Assembly: GCF_963921235.1 (NCBI RefSeq)
Contig: NC_086097.1
Coordinates: 89,840,001-89,904,000, forward strand
Length of the DNA: 64,000 nt
Origin: Mobula hypostoma
Taxonomy: Eukaryota
Direction of reading: 5' to 3'
Positions 24,543 to 36,589 of this stretch are shown here, in pieces; positions within the stretch are counted from its first letter, which is position 1, and the number at the start of each line of letters is the position of its first letter. The notes under the pieces were generated by a model. It was not told the DNA's origin, searched no databases, and worked only from the letters and a program-made list of their open reading frames with translations. The position numbers and the translations under genes are program-made.

Positions 24543-25081
24543 AAGGTTGTCATAGCTGGGGATGGCAGTGGGGATAAGCTCCCACTACCTAAGCAGTGCT
24601 CCAAATGATGTGCGACGCTAAAGGCCTCTGACAACCAAGTCCAATCCTTGGCCTACAAGTGTGGCTTAGTTACTAGGCCCGGCGGAACTGTTTCCACTGA
24701 CAAGAGAAGGGGCAAAGGTGGACTTGAAGGGGCAAAGAACTGGCGCCTCAAATCCAGCCGCTTTGGGCAGGTGAGGCTCGTCAGCCTCGGACGACAGCCT
24801 GCCTAGGAGAAGAAAACTCTCATTTTAAACCTCCGTTGCCTTGCGGCCATACCCACCCGTGGGAAGGGCTTTGGGAGTAAACCTCGGGGAAGAAACTCAG
24901 AGCCGGGGTCCCTAAGGCAGTTGGTTGTTGTTTAGAACTTCATTCTGGCAACCTCTGACAACACTGGTGCCAAGCTGTATCAGTGCTTGCCCTTCCCTTG
25001 GACTATATCAGTGAAATGGAGAGGGGGAACCCACTGCAGAGGTGCAAACCCATGATCCCCTGGGATCGATGGCTGCCTACT
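24543..25081 (+). mobile_element. Non-autonomous RTE-like element
   Basis: 10-bp TSD ACTGGGAACT at 24533-24542 and 25082-25091; short (TAC)n tail; related to 101-401. Confidence 0.75.
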
Positions 25082-25343
25082 ACTGGGAACTTGCAATGTG
25101 CAAACTGGTTGCCACATTTCTTACAATAAAGTAGGAAAAATAGTTTAGAAATTACATATATTTTTTGGCTATAAAGTGCTTTGGACTTTATTGGTCACAA
25201 TAGGTGCTTTGAAATACAGTAGAACCAGAAGAGGAAACTCTTTCTTTAATGCAGCGAGGTTTTATGATTTGGAGATCTGCAAGGTTCTCTTCTACAAAGA
25301 CTCATTCAAACTCATTCATTGAAGTGTGATATTCTAAAAGGGA

Positions 25344-27823
25344 TAGAAACATAGAAACATAGAAAATAGGTGCAGGAGTAGGCCATTCGGCCCTTCGAGC
25401 CTGCACCGCCATTTATTATGATCATGGCTGATCATCCAACTCAGAACCCAGCCTTCCCTCCATACCCCCTGACCCCTGTAGCCACAAGGGCCATATCTAA
25501 CTTCCTTTTAAACATAGCTAATGAACTGGCCTCAACAGTTTGCTGTGGCAGAGAATTCCACAGATTCACCACTCTCTGTGTGAAGAAGTTTTTCCTAACC
25601 TCGGTCCTAAAAGGCTTCCCCTCTATCTTCAAACTGTGACCCCTCGTTCTAGACCTCCCCAACATCGGGAACAATCTTCCCGCATCTAGCCTGTCCAATC
25701 CCTTTAGGATCTTATACGTTTCAATCAGATCCCCCCTCAATCTTCTAAATTCCAACGAGTACAAGCCCAGTTCATCCAGTCTTTCTTCATATGAAAGACC
25801 TGCCATCCCAGGAATCAATCTGGTGAACCTTCTTTGTACTCCCTCTATGGCAAAGATGTCTTTCCTCAGATTAGGGGACCAAAACTGCACACAATACTCC
25901 AGGTGTGGTCTCACCAAGGCCTTGTACAACTGCAGTAGTACCTCCCTGCTCCTGTACTCGAATCCTCTCGCTATAAATGCCAGCATACCGTTCGCCTTTT
26001 TCACCGCCTGCTGTACCTGCATGCCCACTTTCAATGACTGGTGTATAATGACACCCAGGTCTCGTTGCACCTCCCCTTTTCCTAATCGGCCACCATTCAG
26101 ATAATAATCTGTTTTCCTATTTTTGCCACCAAAGTGGATAACTTCACATTTATCCACATTAAATTGCATCTGCCATGAGTTTGCCCACTCACCCAACCTA
26201 TCCAAGTCACCCTGCATCCTCTTAGCATCCTCCTCACTGCTAACACTGCCACCCAGCTTCGTGTCATCTGCAAACTTGGAGATGCTGCATTTAATTCCCT
26301 CATCCAAGTCATTAATATATATTGTAAACAACTGGGGTCCCAGCACTGAGCCTTGCGGTACCCCACTAGTCACCGCCTGCCATTCTGAAAAGGTCCCGTT
26401 TATTCCCACTCTTTGCTTCCTGTCTGCTAACCAATTCTCCACCCACACCAATACCTTATCCCCAATACCGTGTGCTTTAAGTTTGCACACTAATCTCGTG
26501 TGTGGGACCTTGTCAAAAGCCTTTTGAAAATCCAAATATACCACATCCACTGGTTCTCCCCTATCCACTCTACTAGTTACATCCTCAAAAAATTCTATGA
26601 GATTCGTCAGACATGATTTTCCTTTCACAAATCCATGCTGACTTTGTCCGATCATTTCACCGCTTTCCAAATGTGCTGTTATCACATACTTGATAACTGA
26701 CTCCAGCAGTTTCCCCACCACCGACGTTAGGCTAACCGGCCTATAATTCCCCGGTTTCTCTCTCCCTCCTTTTTTAAAAAGTGGAGTTACATTAGCCACC
26801 CTCCAATCCTCAGGAACTAGTCCAGAATCTAACGAGTTTTGAAAAATTATCACTAATGCATCCACTATTTCTTGGGCCACTTCCTTAAGCACTCTGGGAT
26901 GCAGACCATCTGGCCCTGGGGATTTATCTGCCTTCAATCCCTTCAATTTACCTAACACCACTTCCCTACTAACATGTATTTCGCTCAGTTCCTCCATCTC
27001 ACTGGACCCTCTGTCCCTTACTATTTCTGGAAGATTATTTATGTCCTCCTTAGTGAAGACAGAACCAAAGTAATTATTCAATTGGTCTGCCATGTCCTTG
27101 CTCCCCATAATCAATTCACCTGTTTCTGTTTGCAGGGGACCTACATTTGTCTTTATCAGTCTTTTCCTTTTTACATATCTATAAAAGCTTTTACAGTCCG
27201 TTTTTATGTTCTCTGCCAGTTTTCTCTCATAATCTTTTTTCCCCTTCCTAATTAAGCCCTTTGTCCTCCTCTGCTGAACTCTGAATTCCTCCCAGTCCTC
27301 AGGTGAGCCACTTTCTCTGGCTAATTTGTATGCTACTTCTTTGGAATTGATACTATCCCTAGTTTCTCTTGTCAGCCACGGGTGCACTACCTTCCTTGAT
27401 TTATTCTTTTGCCAAACTGGGATGAACAATTGTTGTAGTTCATCCATGCAACCTTTAAATGCCTGCCATTGCATATCCACCGTCAATCCTTGAAGTGTCA
27501 TTTGCCAGTCTATCTTAGCTAATTCACGTCTCATACCTTCAAAGTTACCCCTCTTTAAGTTCAGAACCTTTGTTTCTGAATTAACTACGTCACTCTCCAT
27601 GTTAATGAAGAATTCCACCATATTATGGTCACTCTTACCCAAGGGGCCTCTCACGACAAGATCGCTGATTAACCCTTCCTCATTGCTCAAAACCCAGTCC
27701 AGAATAGCCTGCTCTCTAGTCGGTTCCTCGACATGTTGGTTCAAAAAACCATCCCGCATACATTCCAAGAAATCCTCTTCCTCAGCACCTTTACCAATTT
27801 GGTTCACCCAGTCTACATGTAGA
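25344..27823 (-). mobile_element. Young 5'-truncated CR1 LINE
   Basis: Terminal (TTTCTATG)n repeat at 25344-25367; open 788-aa ORF2. Confidence 0.96.
25441..27822 (-). CDS. CR1 ORF2, 5'-truncated: C-terminal part of APE endonuclease plus reverse transcriptase
   Basis: ILDWVL...GKSDHNMV, NYRPVSLTS, YLDFQKAFDKVPH, GVPQGSVLGP, KFADDTKL, YCVQFWSP; no stops. Confidence 0.95.
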   Translation of the reverse strand, partial: LHVDWVNQIGKGAEEEDFLECMRDGFLNQHVEEPTREQAILDWVLSNEEGLISDLVVRGPLGKSDHNMVEFFINMESDVVNSETKVLNLKRGNFEGMRRELAKIDWQMTLQGLTVDMQWQAFKGCMDELQQLFIPVWQKNKSRKVVHPWLTRETRDSINSKEVAYKLARESGSPEDWEEFRVQQRRTKGLIRKGKKDYERKLAENIKTDCKSFYRYVKRKRLIKTNVGPLQTETGELIMGSKDMADQLNNYFGSVFTKEDINNLPEIVRDRGSSEMEELSEIHVSREVVLGKLKGLKADKSPGPDGLHPRVLKEVAQEIVDALVIIFQNSLDSGLVPEDWRVANVTPLFKKGGREKPGNYRPVSLTSVVGKLLESVIKYVITAHLESGEMIGQSQHGFVKGKSCLTNLIEFFEDVTSRVDRGEPVDVVYLDFQKAFDKVPHTRLVCKLKAHGIGDKVLVWVENWLADRKQRVGINGTFSEWQAVTSGVPQGSVLGPQLFTIYINDLDEGIKCSISKFADDTKLGGSVSSEEDAKRMQGDLDRLGEWANSWQMQFNVDKCEVIHFGGKNRKTDYYLNGGRLGKGEVQRDLGVIIHQSLKVGMQVQQAVKKANGMLAFIARGFEYRSREVLLQLYKALVRPHLEYCVQFWSPNLRKDIFAIEGVQRRFTRLIPGMAGLSYEERLDELGLYSLEFRRLRGDLIETYKILKGLDRLDAGRLFPMLGRSRTRGHSLKIEGKPFRTEVRKNFFTQRVVNLWNSLPQQTVEASSLAMFKRKLDMALVATGVRGYGGKAGF

Positions 27824-29282
27824 AGGATCTGGATGAATTCTCAATGAAAGTTATAAGGATGGGGAAAGACTGGGAATAATTGGAGAGACCTTTCGAGGAG
27901 GAAACATTTCGCTGTGCTGCATCATTTCATGAGGCCAAACTCTTTAGCGAGAAATGGATGGAATATTCAACATCGTAAAAGGCCATGATGAAAGGTCAGA
28001 GTTCGAGCTTCTCACTATGCTGATGCCACAGTTATAACCTTCCATTCCTTTCCCTGTGTGTTCATCTTGTTTTCCCTTAAATACCTTCAAGAAACTTTCT
28101 TGAATGACTCCATGAAGCATTAGTTTTGCTACTCTGTGGATGAAGGAGATTCTCCTGAAATTGTTGATTTTCCAATGACTTTCTGGTATTGAAGGTCTTT
28201 CAGCTGGATTGACCACTTGTACTGAAGAGAAATTAGATAGAAGCTGATAACAGTAAGAGAGGAGATGAAAGAAAATGGCTTACAGAATTATAGAAAACTC
28301 TAAGATGTTTCACAAATATGTAAAGTGAGAAGTAATGTAATATGTAAAGTGTAAAGTACAAGTTGGGCCAGTTAGAGACCAAGTTATAATCTGGGTGTGG
28401 AAGCATATGAAGGGTTTCGAGTGAATACTTTGCATCAATCGCCATTAAAGAGGGGATTGATGCAGACATTTATATTAGAATATTATGCTCCTAGGGTCTG
28501 TTAATATTGCTGTCCACTATGGCAATTGACAAGGATAGAATGACCAACAAAATCTCCTTTATTGAAGGCAGTTAGTACTTATCCCACGAGTGTGACTGCT
28601 ACAACATGGGATCAAAAGTTATACCCCATGTTACACATCCTTCTTAAAGGTACACACAGACATTCATATAAAATACATTAGTAAAATGAGTAACATACCC
28701 ATTCAAATGACCAGCGATCTATAATACAGGTTGGAACTCTCTGCTCTGGCAACTCCTGTGGTCCAACATGTAGTACTAATTAACTAACCCTAACTAAGCT
28801 CTAATCAAGATAAAAATTACAAATGCCTGTAAAAATCAGTACCTAATTTATCGACCAGTGAATGTTTGGTGATCTCAGTTGACAGCAATCTTAGCCAGCA
28901 GTGATTTGGAGTTATTGAAACTTTGGGTTACTGCAAGTTCTTGGGAATAGAGCAATCACTAGCTCATGGAGTGTCCTGTACATCTGAAATGTCCCTCTGC
29001 TCAGAAGTAGCCGATCAGGTCAGCTTCTGTAGTGCAGCATTTTCTGCCGTGTGGCACCAGTCACGTCCCAAAGTCAACAGGCGAGTGTTTCAACCTTTGT
29101 GTCTTTAATAATGATTTATACATCGGTAATTATGATCCAGGGTGAATAGTTACATTTAAAGGACAGTAACCAACTGTAAATTAAATGAACCTTCAGACTT
29201 TCCAAACTTGTGATATCCCCTTATCTATAAAGGTCATAGGCTGGTTTTACTAAACGTGGCAGATTGGCAAAGGCACATATTA

Positions 29283-30943
29283 CAGTGCCTATAAAAAGTA
29301 TTCATCCCCCTCCACCCTGGAAGTTTTCATGTTTTATTGTTTTACAACATTGAATCACAGTGCATTTAGTTTGTTTTTTTTACACTTTTCATCAGAAAAG
29401 ACTCTTACAGGTCGAAGTGAAAACACATTTCTACAAACTGGTCTAAATTTATTACAGCAACACACACCAAAGTTGCTGGTGAACGCAGCAGGCCAAGCAG
29501 CATCTCCAGGAAGAGGCGCAGTCGACGCTCCAGGCCGAGACCCTTCGTCAGGACTAACTAACTAAATTTATTACAATGATTAAACACAAAATAATTGATT
29601 GCATAATTATTCACCTTCAAGTCAGTATTTAGTAGATGCACCTTTGGCAGCAATTATAGTCTTGAGTCTGTGTGGATAGATCTCTGCCAGCTTTGCACAT
29701 CTGGATACTACAATTTTTCCTCATTCCTCTTTACAAAACTGCTCAAGCTCTGTCAGATTACGTGGAGACTGAGAGTGAACAGCCCTTTTCAAGTCCAACC
29801 ACAAATTTTCAATTGGATTGAGGTCTGGACTCTAACTTGGCCACTCCAGGACATTAATTTTGTTGTTTTTAAGCCATTCCTGTGTAGCTTTGGCTTTATG
29901 CTTGGGGTCATTATCTTGCTGGAAAACAAATCTTCTCGCAAGTTACAGTTCTCTTGCAGACTGCATCAGGTTTTCCTCCAGGATTTCCCTGTATTTTGCT
30001 GTATTCATTTTACCCTCTGCCTTCACAAGCCTTCCAGGGCCTGCTGCAGTGAAGCATCCCCACAGCATGATATAACCACCACCATGCTTCATGGTAGGGA
30101 TGGTGTGTTTTCGATGATGCCATACATAGCTTACACCAAACATAGTGCTTAGTCTGATAGCCAAAAAGCTCAATTTTGACTTCATCAGACCACAGAACCT
30201 TCTTCCAGCTGACTTCAGAGTTTCCCACATGCCTTCTGGCAAACTCTAGCCAAGATTTCATGTGAGTGTTTTGCAGCTGTGGCTTTCTCTTTGCCACTCT
30301 CCCATAAAGTTGCCACTGGCATAGCACCCAGGCAACAGTAGTACGCAGAGTCTCTCCCATCTCAGCCACTGAATCTTGTAACTCCTTCGGAGTTGTCACA
30401 GGACTCTTAGTGGCCTCCCTCACTAGTCCCCTTCTTGCACGGTCACTCAGTTTTTGAGGTCGGCCTGCCCTAGGCAGATTTACAACTGTGCCATATTCTT
30501 TCCATTTCTTGATGATTGACTTAACTGTACTCCAAGGGATATTTAGAGACTTGAAAATTTCCTGTATCTATCTCTTGAACTGTGCTTTTCAATGACCTTT
30601 TTGCGGAGATGCCTGGAGTGTTCTTTTGTCATCATGGTGTAGCTTTTTGCCAGGATATTAACTCACCAGTAGCTGGACCTTCCAGATACAGGTGTATTTT
30701 TACCACAATCAGTTGCAACACCTGGACTGCACAAAGGTCTCCAAAAACATATCTCCATTTAAAGAATTATGTAACTTCTAAAATCAATTGGCAGCACCAC
30801 CGATAATTTGGTGTATCATATTAAAGGGTGTGTTAATTATGTAATCAATTATTTTGTGTTTTATATTTGTAATTAATTTAGATTACTTTGTAGAGATTTG
30901 TGTTCACTTTGACACGCAAGAGTCTTTCGCGTTGATCAATGTC
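29283..30943 (-). mobile_element. Decayed Tc1/mariner (DD34E-type) transposon
   Basis: TA|CAGTGCCTATAAAAAGTATTCA end; inner inverted repeat 29385-29615 vs 30826-30940; transposase pieces [44 protein letters not shown]; frameshifted, outer right end missing. Confidence 0.92.
29457..29561 (-). mobile_element. 105-bp PLE tail insertion (hammerhead region) inside the Tc1 TIR
   Basis: 14-bp TSD CTAAATTTATTACA at 29443-29456 and 29562-29575; aligns to the reverse complement of 18934-19036. Confidence 0.92.
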
Positions 30944-31185
30944 ACCTCCCACCATGCTGATCTTCCCCACACTCTGGGCTCTCAGTGTCTAAGCATTTCC
31001 CACTGGTATCTGTGAGCCCCTGAAAGTATACTATGGCAAAGGAGGAAAGGCAGATTCAGCAATGGCAGTGGGGTCCAGGCCCAAGGTGTGTTGATGTGAT
31101 GGGGCCCGGGTCCTGGTGTGAGGAACGGCCCGATCTTTGGACGCTTTAAATGCTGGGCCAGATGGACTGGAAAGACAGGGTGTAG

Positions 31186-31830
31186 ATTAGAATGGATTAG
31201 ATTATGAGGACATGCAGTCCTCTTTTATTGTCATTTAGTAATGCATGCATTAAGAAATGATACAATATTCCTCCGGTGTGATATCACAGAAACACAGGAC
31301 AGACCAAGACTGAAAAACTAACAAAAACCATATAATTATAACATATAGTTACAACAGTGCAACAATACCATAACTTGATGAAGAACAGACCATGGGCACA
31401 GTAAAAAAGTTCAAAGTCTCTTGAAAGTCCTACATCTCACGCAGACGGGAAAAGGAAGAAAACTCTCTCTACTATGCCCGACCACAGTTCGACTCTGAGT
31501 CGTCCGAAAACTTTGAGCTCCGATCAGCCCTCCGACACTGAGTACTGAGCACCATCTCTGCCGAACGCTTCGACCCCAGCCTCGGTCGCCAGCAGCAGGC
31601 AAAGCTGGGGATTGTGGGGCCTTCCCTCCGGAGATTCTCGATTGCACAGTAGCAGCGGCAGTGAACTGGGCATTACAGAAGTTTTCTCCAGATGTTCCTC
31701 TGTGCCTTCTTAACGTCTGTCTCCATCAAATCAGAATTGTCCACGGCATCCTACTTACAAATACGATATCATTTCACCGGAGAGCTGCGCGCGCTGTGTC
31801 ACGCTGCCATCTTCTCCTTCTGCCTCTTTT
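31186..31830 (-). mobile_element. Young non-autonomous LINE-derived element (Rex1/L2-type tail)
   Basis: 7-bp TSD GGTGTAG at 31179-31185 and 31831-31837; 5' AAGATGGC (YY1-like); (TCTAA)n tail after AATAAA. Confidence 0.75.
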
Positions 31831-32000
31831 GGTGTAGGGACCAAAGACAAGAGTTGGGCTGGTTCTGCTCGCTGCTCTACAACACTTACTCTGATTTTTG
31901 CGGCACTGAGGCTGACAGTCTGCTCCAGCTGTTCTGGGCTTTGTGTCTGAGGACTCACTTTCCTTCTACATGCTATTTGCTTATTTTTATTGTTTGCATG

Positions 32001-32579
32001 TGTAACGCGCTATAAGGATTCACTGCTAATGTAATGGCTTCTCTGTAATGTTCACTGCTGAGGTAACGGTTTCTCTGTAGCTGCAATGTTTGGGCTATGG
32101 CTGGAGATAACAGGACTTTGGTTTATGCATGTTCGCCAATCAGTGATTGTTGCTCTGTCTTGTGAATCGGAAGGATATTGTTTTCATGGTCTTTTGTCGA
32201 GGAGAGAGGAAGAGGGAAGACGTGTGTGGAGAGAGCAGGTAGACCACTGGATGGAGTGGACTGGGATCTGAGGGTCTGAAGTTCGGCAACGGTTGGAGGA
32301 GACCGACGGTGGAAGAATGACGACTGAGTGAGCTCCAACATGAACTTTTGACTTTTCCTTGAATTGGGCCCCTTTTTTAAAATTTTCATTACTAACCCTA
32401 TATTTAGATTAAGATTCATAAAGTTCAATCATTTAATTGCATATGGTGTACTGTCTGATATATTGTGTTGTGGGTTTGTAACATTACACGGCATCCACAC
32501 AACATGAATTCTCAGTGTGGCGGGGCCAAAGGCTGTTTTCCCCTAGGCAAACACGAACTGGGCGAGCCTGAAGGTTACA
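32001..32579 (+). mobile_element. Solo LTR, 579 bp
   Basis: TGTAAC...GTTACA termini; 4-bp TSD CATG at 31997-32000 and 32580-32583; inserted in a LINE tail. Confidence 0.85.
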
Positions 32580-34184
32580 CATGGTTTTTTCCCTTGCTCT
32601 AACATTTGGTGTTTGTCGGTCATTTTTTAATGGGATCTTTTGGATTTCTTGTTTTGTGGCTGCCTGTAAGGAGGTGAATCTCAAGGTTGTGTAATATATA
32701 CATACTTTGATAATGAATGTACTTTGAACCTTTGAACTTTGAACTTTCTGTTTTCTTCATGTCATCAGTGGCCTCACTCCTCCCCAAATGAAACTGCATT
32801 GCGTTCCTGATTAACTTCTCCATGGCAAAGCCAATCCTGTATGTAGAGAGCGTTGCCAGGGTTCTCTCATCCAAGAGTTCAGGTATCAAAGGATCCCCAA
32901 TGCGCATGTTAAAGTCTTCACTTTGCACTATCTTGTCAATGCCCTTAGCCTGACCATCTACTCACCAGCCATTCCATCTGGCTCTGGGCTACACGTCATA
33001 TTGCAGTTTTTGGAGCATAATGACCTGCAATGCCCTGCAATGCCCTGCAAGGATTTTACATCATCAGAAGACATTTCAGAAATGGATTAGGGTTTTAGCA
33101 AGCTCATCAACATCTCATATGCCTTAGGCCCACTATCGAGAGTAATATCACATTCCCCTTCTCCCAGGTGGCACCATTCTGATTGGTTCTGTGAATGACA
33201 CCCAGTGACCCCCTGGGTCCGTGAATCAGTGAGACTGGCATTCAGGATCCCACTATGAGTGAATCTGGAGGTCAAGGCCTGGAGTTCAGTGATCGGTGGG
33301 TCCTGTGGGCGATGGTAGGAACTGAAGCCCAGGGATCGAATTGGACCTCTGAATGTCAAGGCCCATTGAACGGAACGCTGGATCTGCAAACCTCTGTGTG
33401 TCCCTGTCTGCTGGAGGCTGAAGAATACTGACTGTCTGGGGGTTAGAGGACTGTGTACGTGGGTGGGAGGGAGGAACCGGCTTGGTTTGCTGTTGCTGTT
33501 TTGTTGTTTGTTGTGTTTTGTGTTGTCCTGTTGAGCATTGTGCACCAGCTGTGTTGGTGCTCGAATATACTGACCCTTGTGTGTGGTGGCTGTTAAAACA
33601 AATAAGGTATTTCACAGTATGTTTTGAGGTACATGTGAAAAATAAACTTGAATCTAGAATCTTGATGATATCAGTTGTGCTCAGGAACATCTCCAACTGT
33701 TCCATGTCGAGGACAAAAGGTTGAGTCTGATCATTACTCTTGGTAATCTATTCACCTCATCTACTGCCTGTAATCATCACAGCTCTGGCTTGAGAAACCT
33801 TTATTATCTCGCACTTTACACCACCCACTTCCAGTAGCAAACCCAAATTCATCCCCAATGAAGTGTGCGTAAGAACTTTTAAATTGACATTCACATTAAT
33901 CAAGGATGGAGCTCTCAACAAAACACCCTTTACTGAAGAAAGTCTATACTCAGCTGAGACCAATAGATGGTACAGCAATGTATCAAGAGTTGTATTATGT
34001 GATACTCATCCTTCTTAAGACTATACTCATCTTTACTACTGGGAGGAAGAATATGCAAAGACAGATATGATTTATGTGGGGAGAGAGGGCATATCAAAGG
34101 CTCTACAATTCTTAAAAGGAGAATAAATTGCTCAGCCCAAATAAAAGGAATCCCTATTTCCGAACCTGCAAGAGGACCATAGAC

Positions 34185-35865
34185 TTGTTGTAGGGTTCAG
34201 AGGCTTGTGTGCCTCAGTGATCAGAGAGCTATGCTGGCCGGCATCGAGGCATTATGGGTTGGCTCTTGGTAGGGTCACCCATATCAAACAGGTCAAAGGG
34301 TAGAGGACAGACTTAAGGCTGATTTATACTTGTGCGTACAGGCTACGCCGTAGGCCTGATTTATACTTTTGCGTAGCCCTACGCCATAGTGCGTCTGCGT
34401 CGCTCTGCAATTCTTCGCCAAAACGCTAGTTGGCGGTGGGGTTTCTATGCCACTGTGTTGAGTTTCTTCGTGAGAGACATGGACAAGGAAATGCATTTCA
34501 AATATTTTCGGATGTCGGCAGGTAGATTTGACGATTTGGTTCATCGTCTCCAACCATTTATTTTGCATCAGTGTACAGACATGGCGAAGAAAAGCAACCG
34601 GAAATGCGTAAGAGGAAATTCGATGCTACCAAGCGGACCAATCACAGTTGCTGCGGTCTGCGTCGCCGCGACGCATGAGTTACATTTTTGGGAAGGTGCA
34701 CGTCACCCTATGGCGTAGGGTACGCGGTACCTGCGGCGCACATTTCACGCAGAAGTATAAATCAGGCTTAAGAGTGGTTGGCTGGTCCTCCACCTTTGGG
34801 GGTTCAGCTCAGGGCTAACAACTCTGACTAGTAAAATAAAATTGTTATGGAAACAGCAGTGAAGAATCTTTTAAGATTTAAGAGGGCCCTGGTGAAGCTC
34901 AGCGGCTGCTTGCTGGTGGCAAATAAAACAAAGAAAAGAACTAAATACTTCACTATACGATCACTATAAACAGTAGTCTATAACTTCCCTGTAGGAGTTG
35001 AGCTTTTGAACCGCCTGTACAACCTAGCATTTTTGCAGTGGGAACTAAAGGCTCGAAGATGCAGGAGGGCTGCAGCGTGGTGTGTACGGCCAAATCAAAG
35101 TGGTGCGGTCCAGGACGGAGTGCGGGGAATGAGCCAACGTTTGGCCGTTCCTGGAGCGAACTTGGAGGCAATTCAATTCCGCAGAACCGAGGGAAGGAGT
35201 GGAGCCGGCAGGGGGTCTGGACCTGGGCCTGAGAGTGAGGAAAGATCCGAGTTTTCATCGATTAAAGTACCGAGCCATATTGGAAATGTTGGGTACGGGC
35301 CCAGGAGCAAGGTCTGGCCAATTTAAGCCTCCAGTCATATTGAAAGGACAGGGTGGTGGGGCCAGAGGCGAGGCACGCCCGGTTCAAATCACTGCCCGCG
35401 AAGCTTACTCGTCTCTGCGCTAGACTTTGACTTGTTACTCCACGACGTTTACTCATTTTTGCACCGAACTGTGGCTGTGGCCTGCAAATATCACAGTGTG
35501 AACTCGCATTTGTGAACTTCAGCTCTGAATGCTACTTGCTTACTTGTATTGTTTGCAGTTTTTTCTTTCTCTGTCATTTGGGTGTTGACAATTTTCTTTG
35601 GTTTAAATGGGTTCTATTGTTTTTTTTTGTTTTGCGGCTGCCGGTAAGGAATCTCAAGATTGTATAAAGTATACATACTTTGATAATAAATGACTTTCCA
35701 CGTCTGAGTGCGACGGCATTCCTGGGTCTGCACCCGGGTCTTGCATGACTGACAGTGATGAAAACGGAGGAAGTGACCGGCACGATGATGAAGGAAGCCC
35801 TGAACGCAGACAGAGACGGGAGACCTTCATTGCTGCCCTAAATGCCAGTGGCGTAACGGGCAGTC
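34185..35865 (+). mobile_element. RTE-like non-autonomous element hosting the Harbinger derivative and a LINE-derived element (about 34880-35693)
   Basis: GGTCAAAGGGTAGAGG...GGGCTAACAACTCTGAC 5' motif; 3' TTGCTGCCCTAAATGCCAGTGGCGTAACGGGCAGT. Confidence 0.5.
34317..34767 (+). mobile_element. Non-autonomous PIF/Harbinger derivative
   Basis: TIRs GGCTGATTTATACTT / AAGTATAAATCAGGC flanked by TTAA (TWA-type site); residual transposase motif [23 protein letters not shown]. Confidence 0.8.
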
Positions 35866-36177
35866 ACAACACTAATTCTGAAGAGGAGAAATAGCCAGGC
35901 AAAGATTGTTAGCAAATTATTAGAGTATTTATCTGTGCATCTATATAAATCATCATTTTAAAAGATGCATGTTTATCCAATCAGCAGGGACCTGATAAAG
36001 AAAGGTTAAGTTAAATTAGTTGGGGATGACTCTATGAGTAATGATTTGTTTTTCACAGAGATAGGAAGGAGTGTGACGCATTTGATGTCATCTTACCCAG
36101 ATATTAGGAATGCTTTGCAAAGTGCTTGATGATGGACTGAATGGGAAAAGCTCATGGAATCCAAGGGAAATTGGCAA

Positions 36178-36545
36178 GACCATAAGACATAGGAGTAGAA
36201 TTAGGCCATTCAGCCCATCGAGTCTGATCTGCCATTTAATCATGGCTGATCCCGGACCCCACTTAACCCCCATACACCTGCCTTCTTGTCATATCCTTTG
36301 ATTCCCTGACCGATCAGGAAACTATCAACTTCCGCTTTAAGTATACCCATGGACTTAGCCTCTGCATTCCATGACAGAGAATTCCACAGATTCACCACCC
36401 TCTGGCTAAAAAAAGTTCTCCTTACTTCTGTTCTAAAAGGTCGCCCCTCAATTTTGAGGCTCTGCCCTCTAGTTCTGAATACCCCCACCATTGGAAACAT
36501 CCTCTCCACATCCACCTTAGCTAGTCCTTTCAACATTTGGTAGGT
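36178..36545 (-). mobile_element. CR1 3' end
   Basis: ORF 36240-36536 LKGLAKVDVERMFP...FFSQRVVNLWNSL; CATAAGA tail. Confidence 0.9.
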
Positions 36546-36589
36546 TAAGATGGATTAAAATCTGGCTCAGTGGGAGGAAACAAATGAAG

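Larger units (their letters stand above)
21830..25220 (+). mobile_element. Ancient Deu-domain SINE (SacSINE1/AmnSINE-like) split by nested insertions
   Basis: GGATAAGACCTTAAAACTGAGG...AGGTAGACATTAAAATCCCATTG (21915-22010), resuming at 22148-22215 and 25085-25220 (TGTGCAAACTGGTTGCCACATTTCTTACA). Confidence 0.6.

Noticed and set aside
32620..32928. 102-aa minus-strand ORF
   Set aside because: No recognisable homology and its C-terminus is a LINE tail
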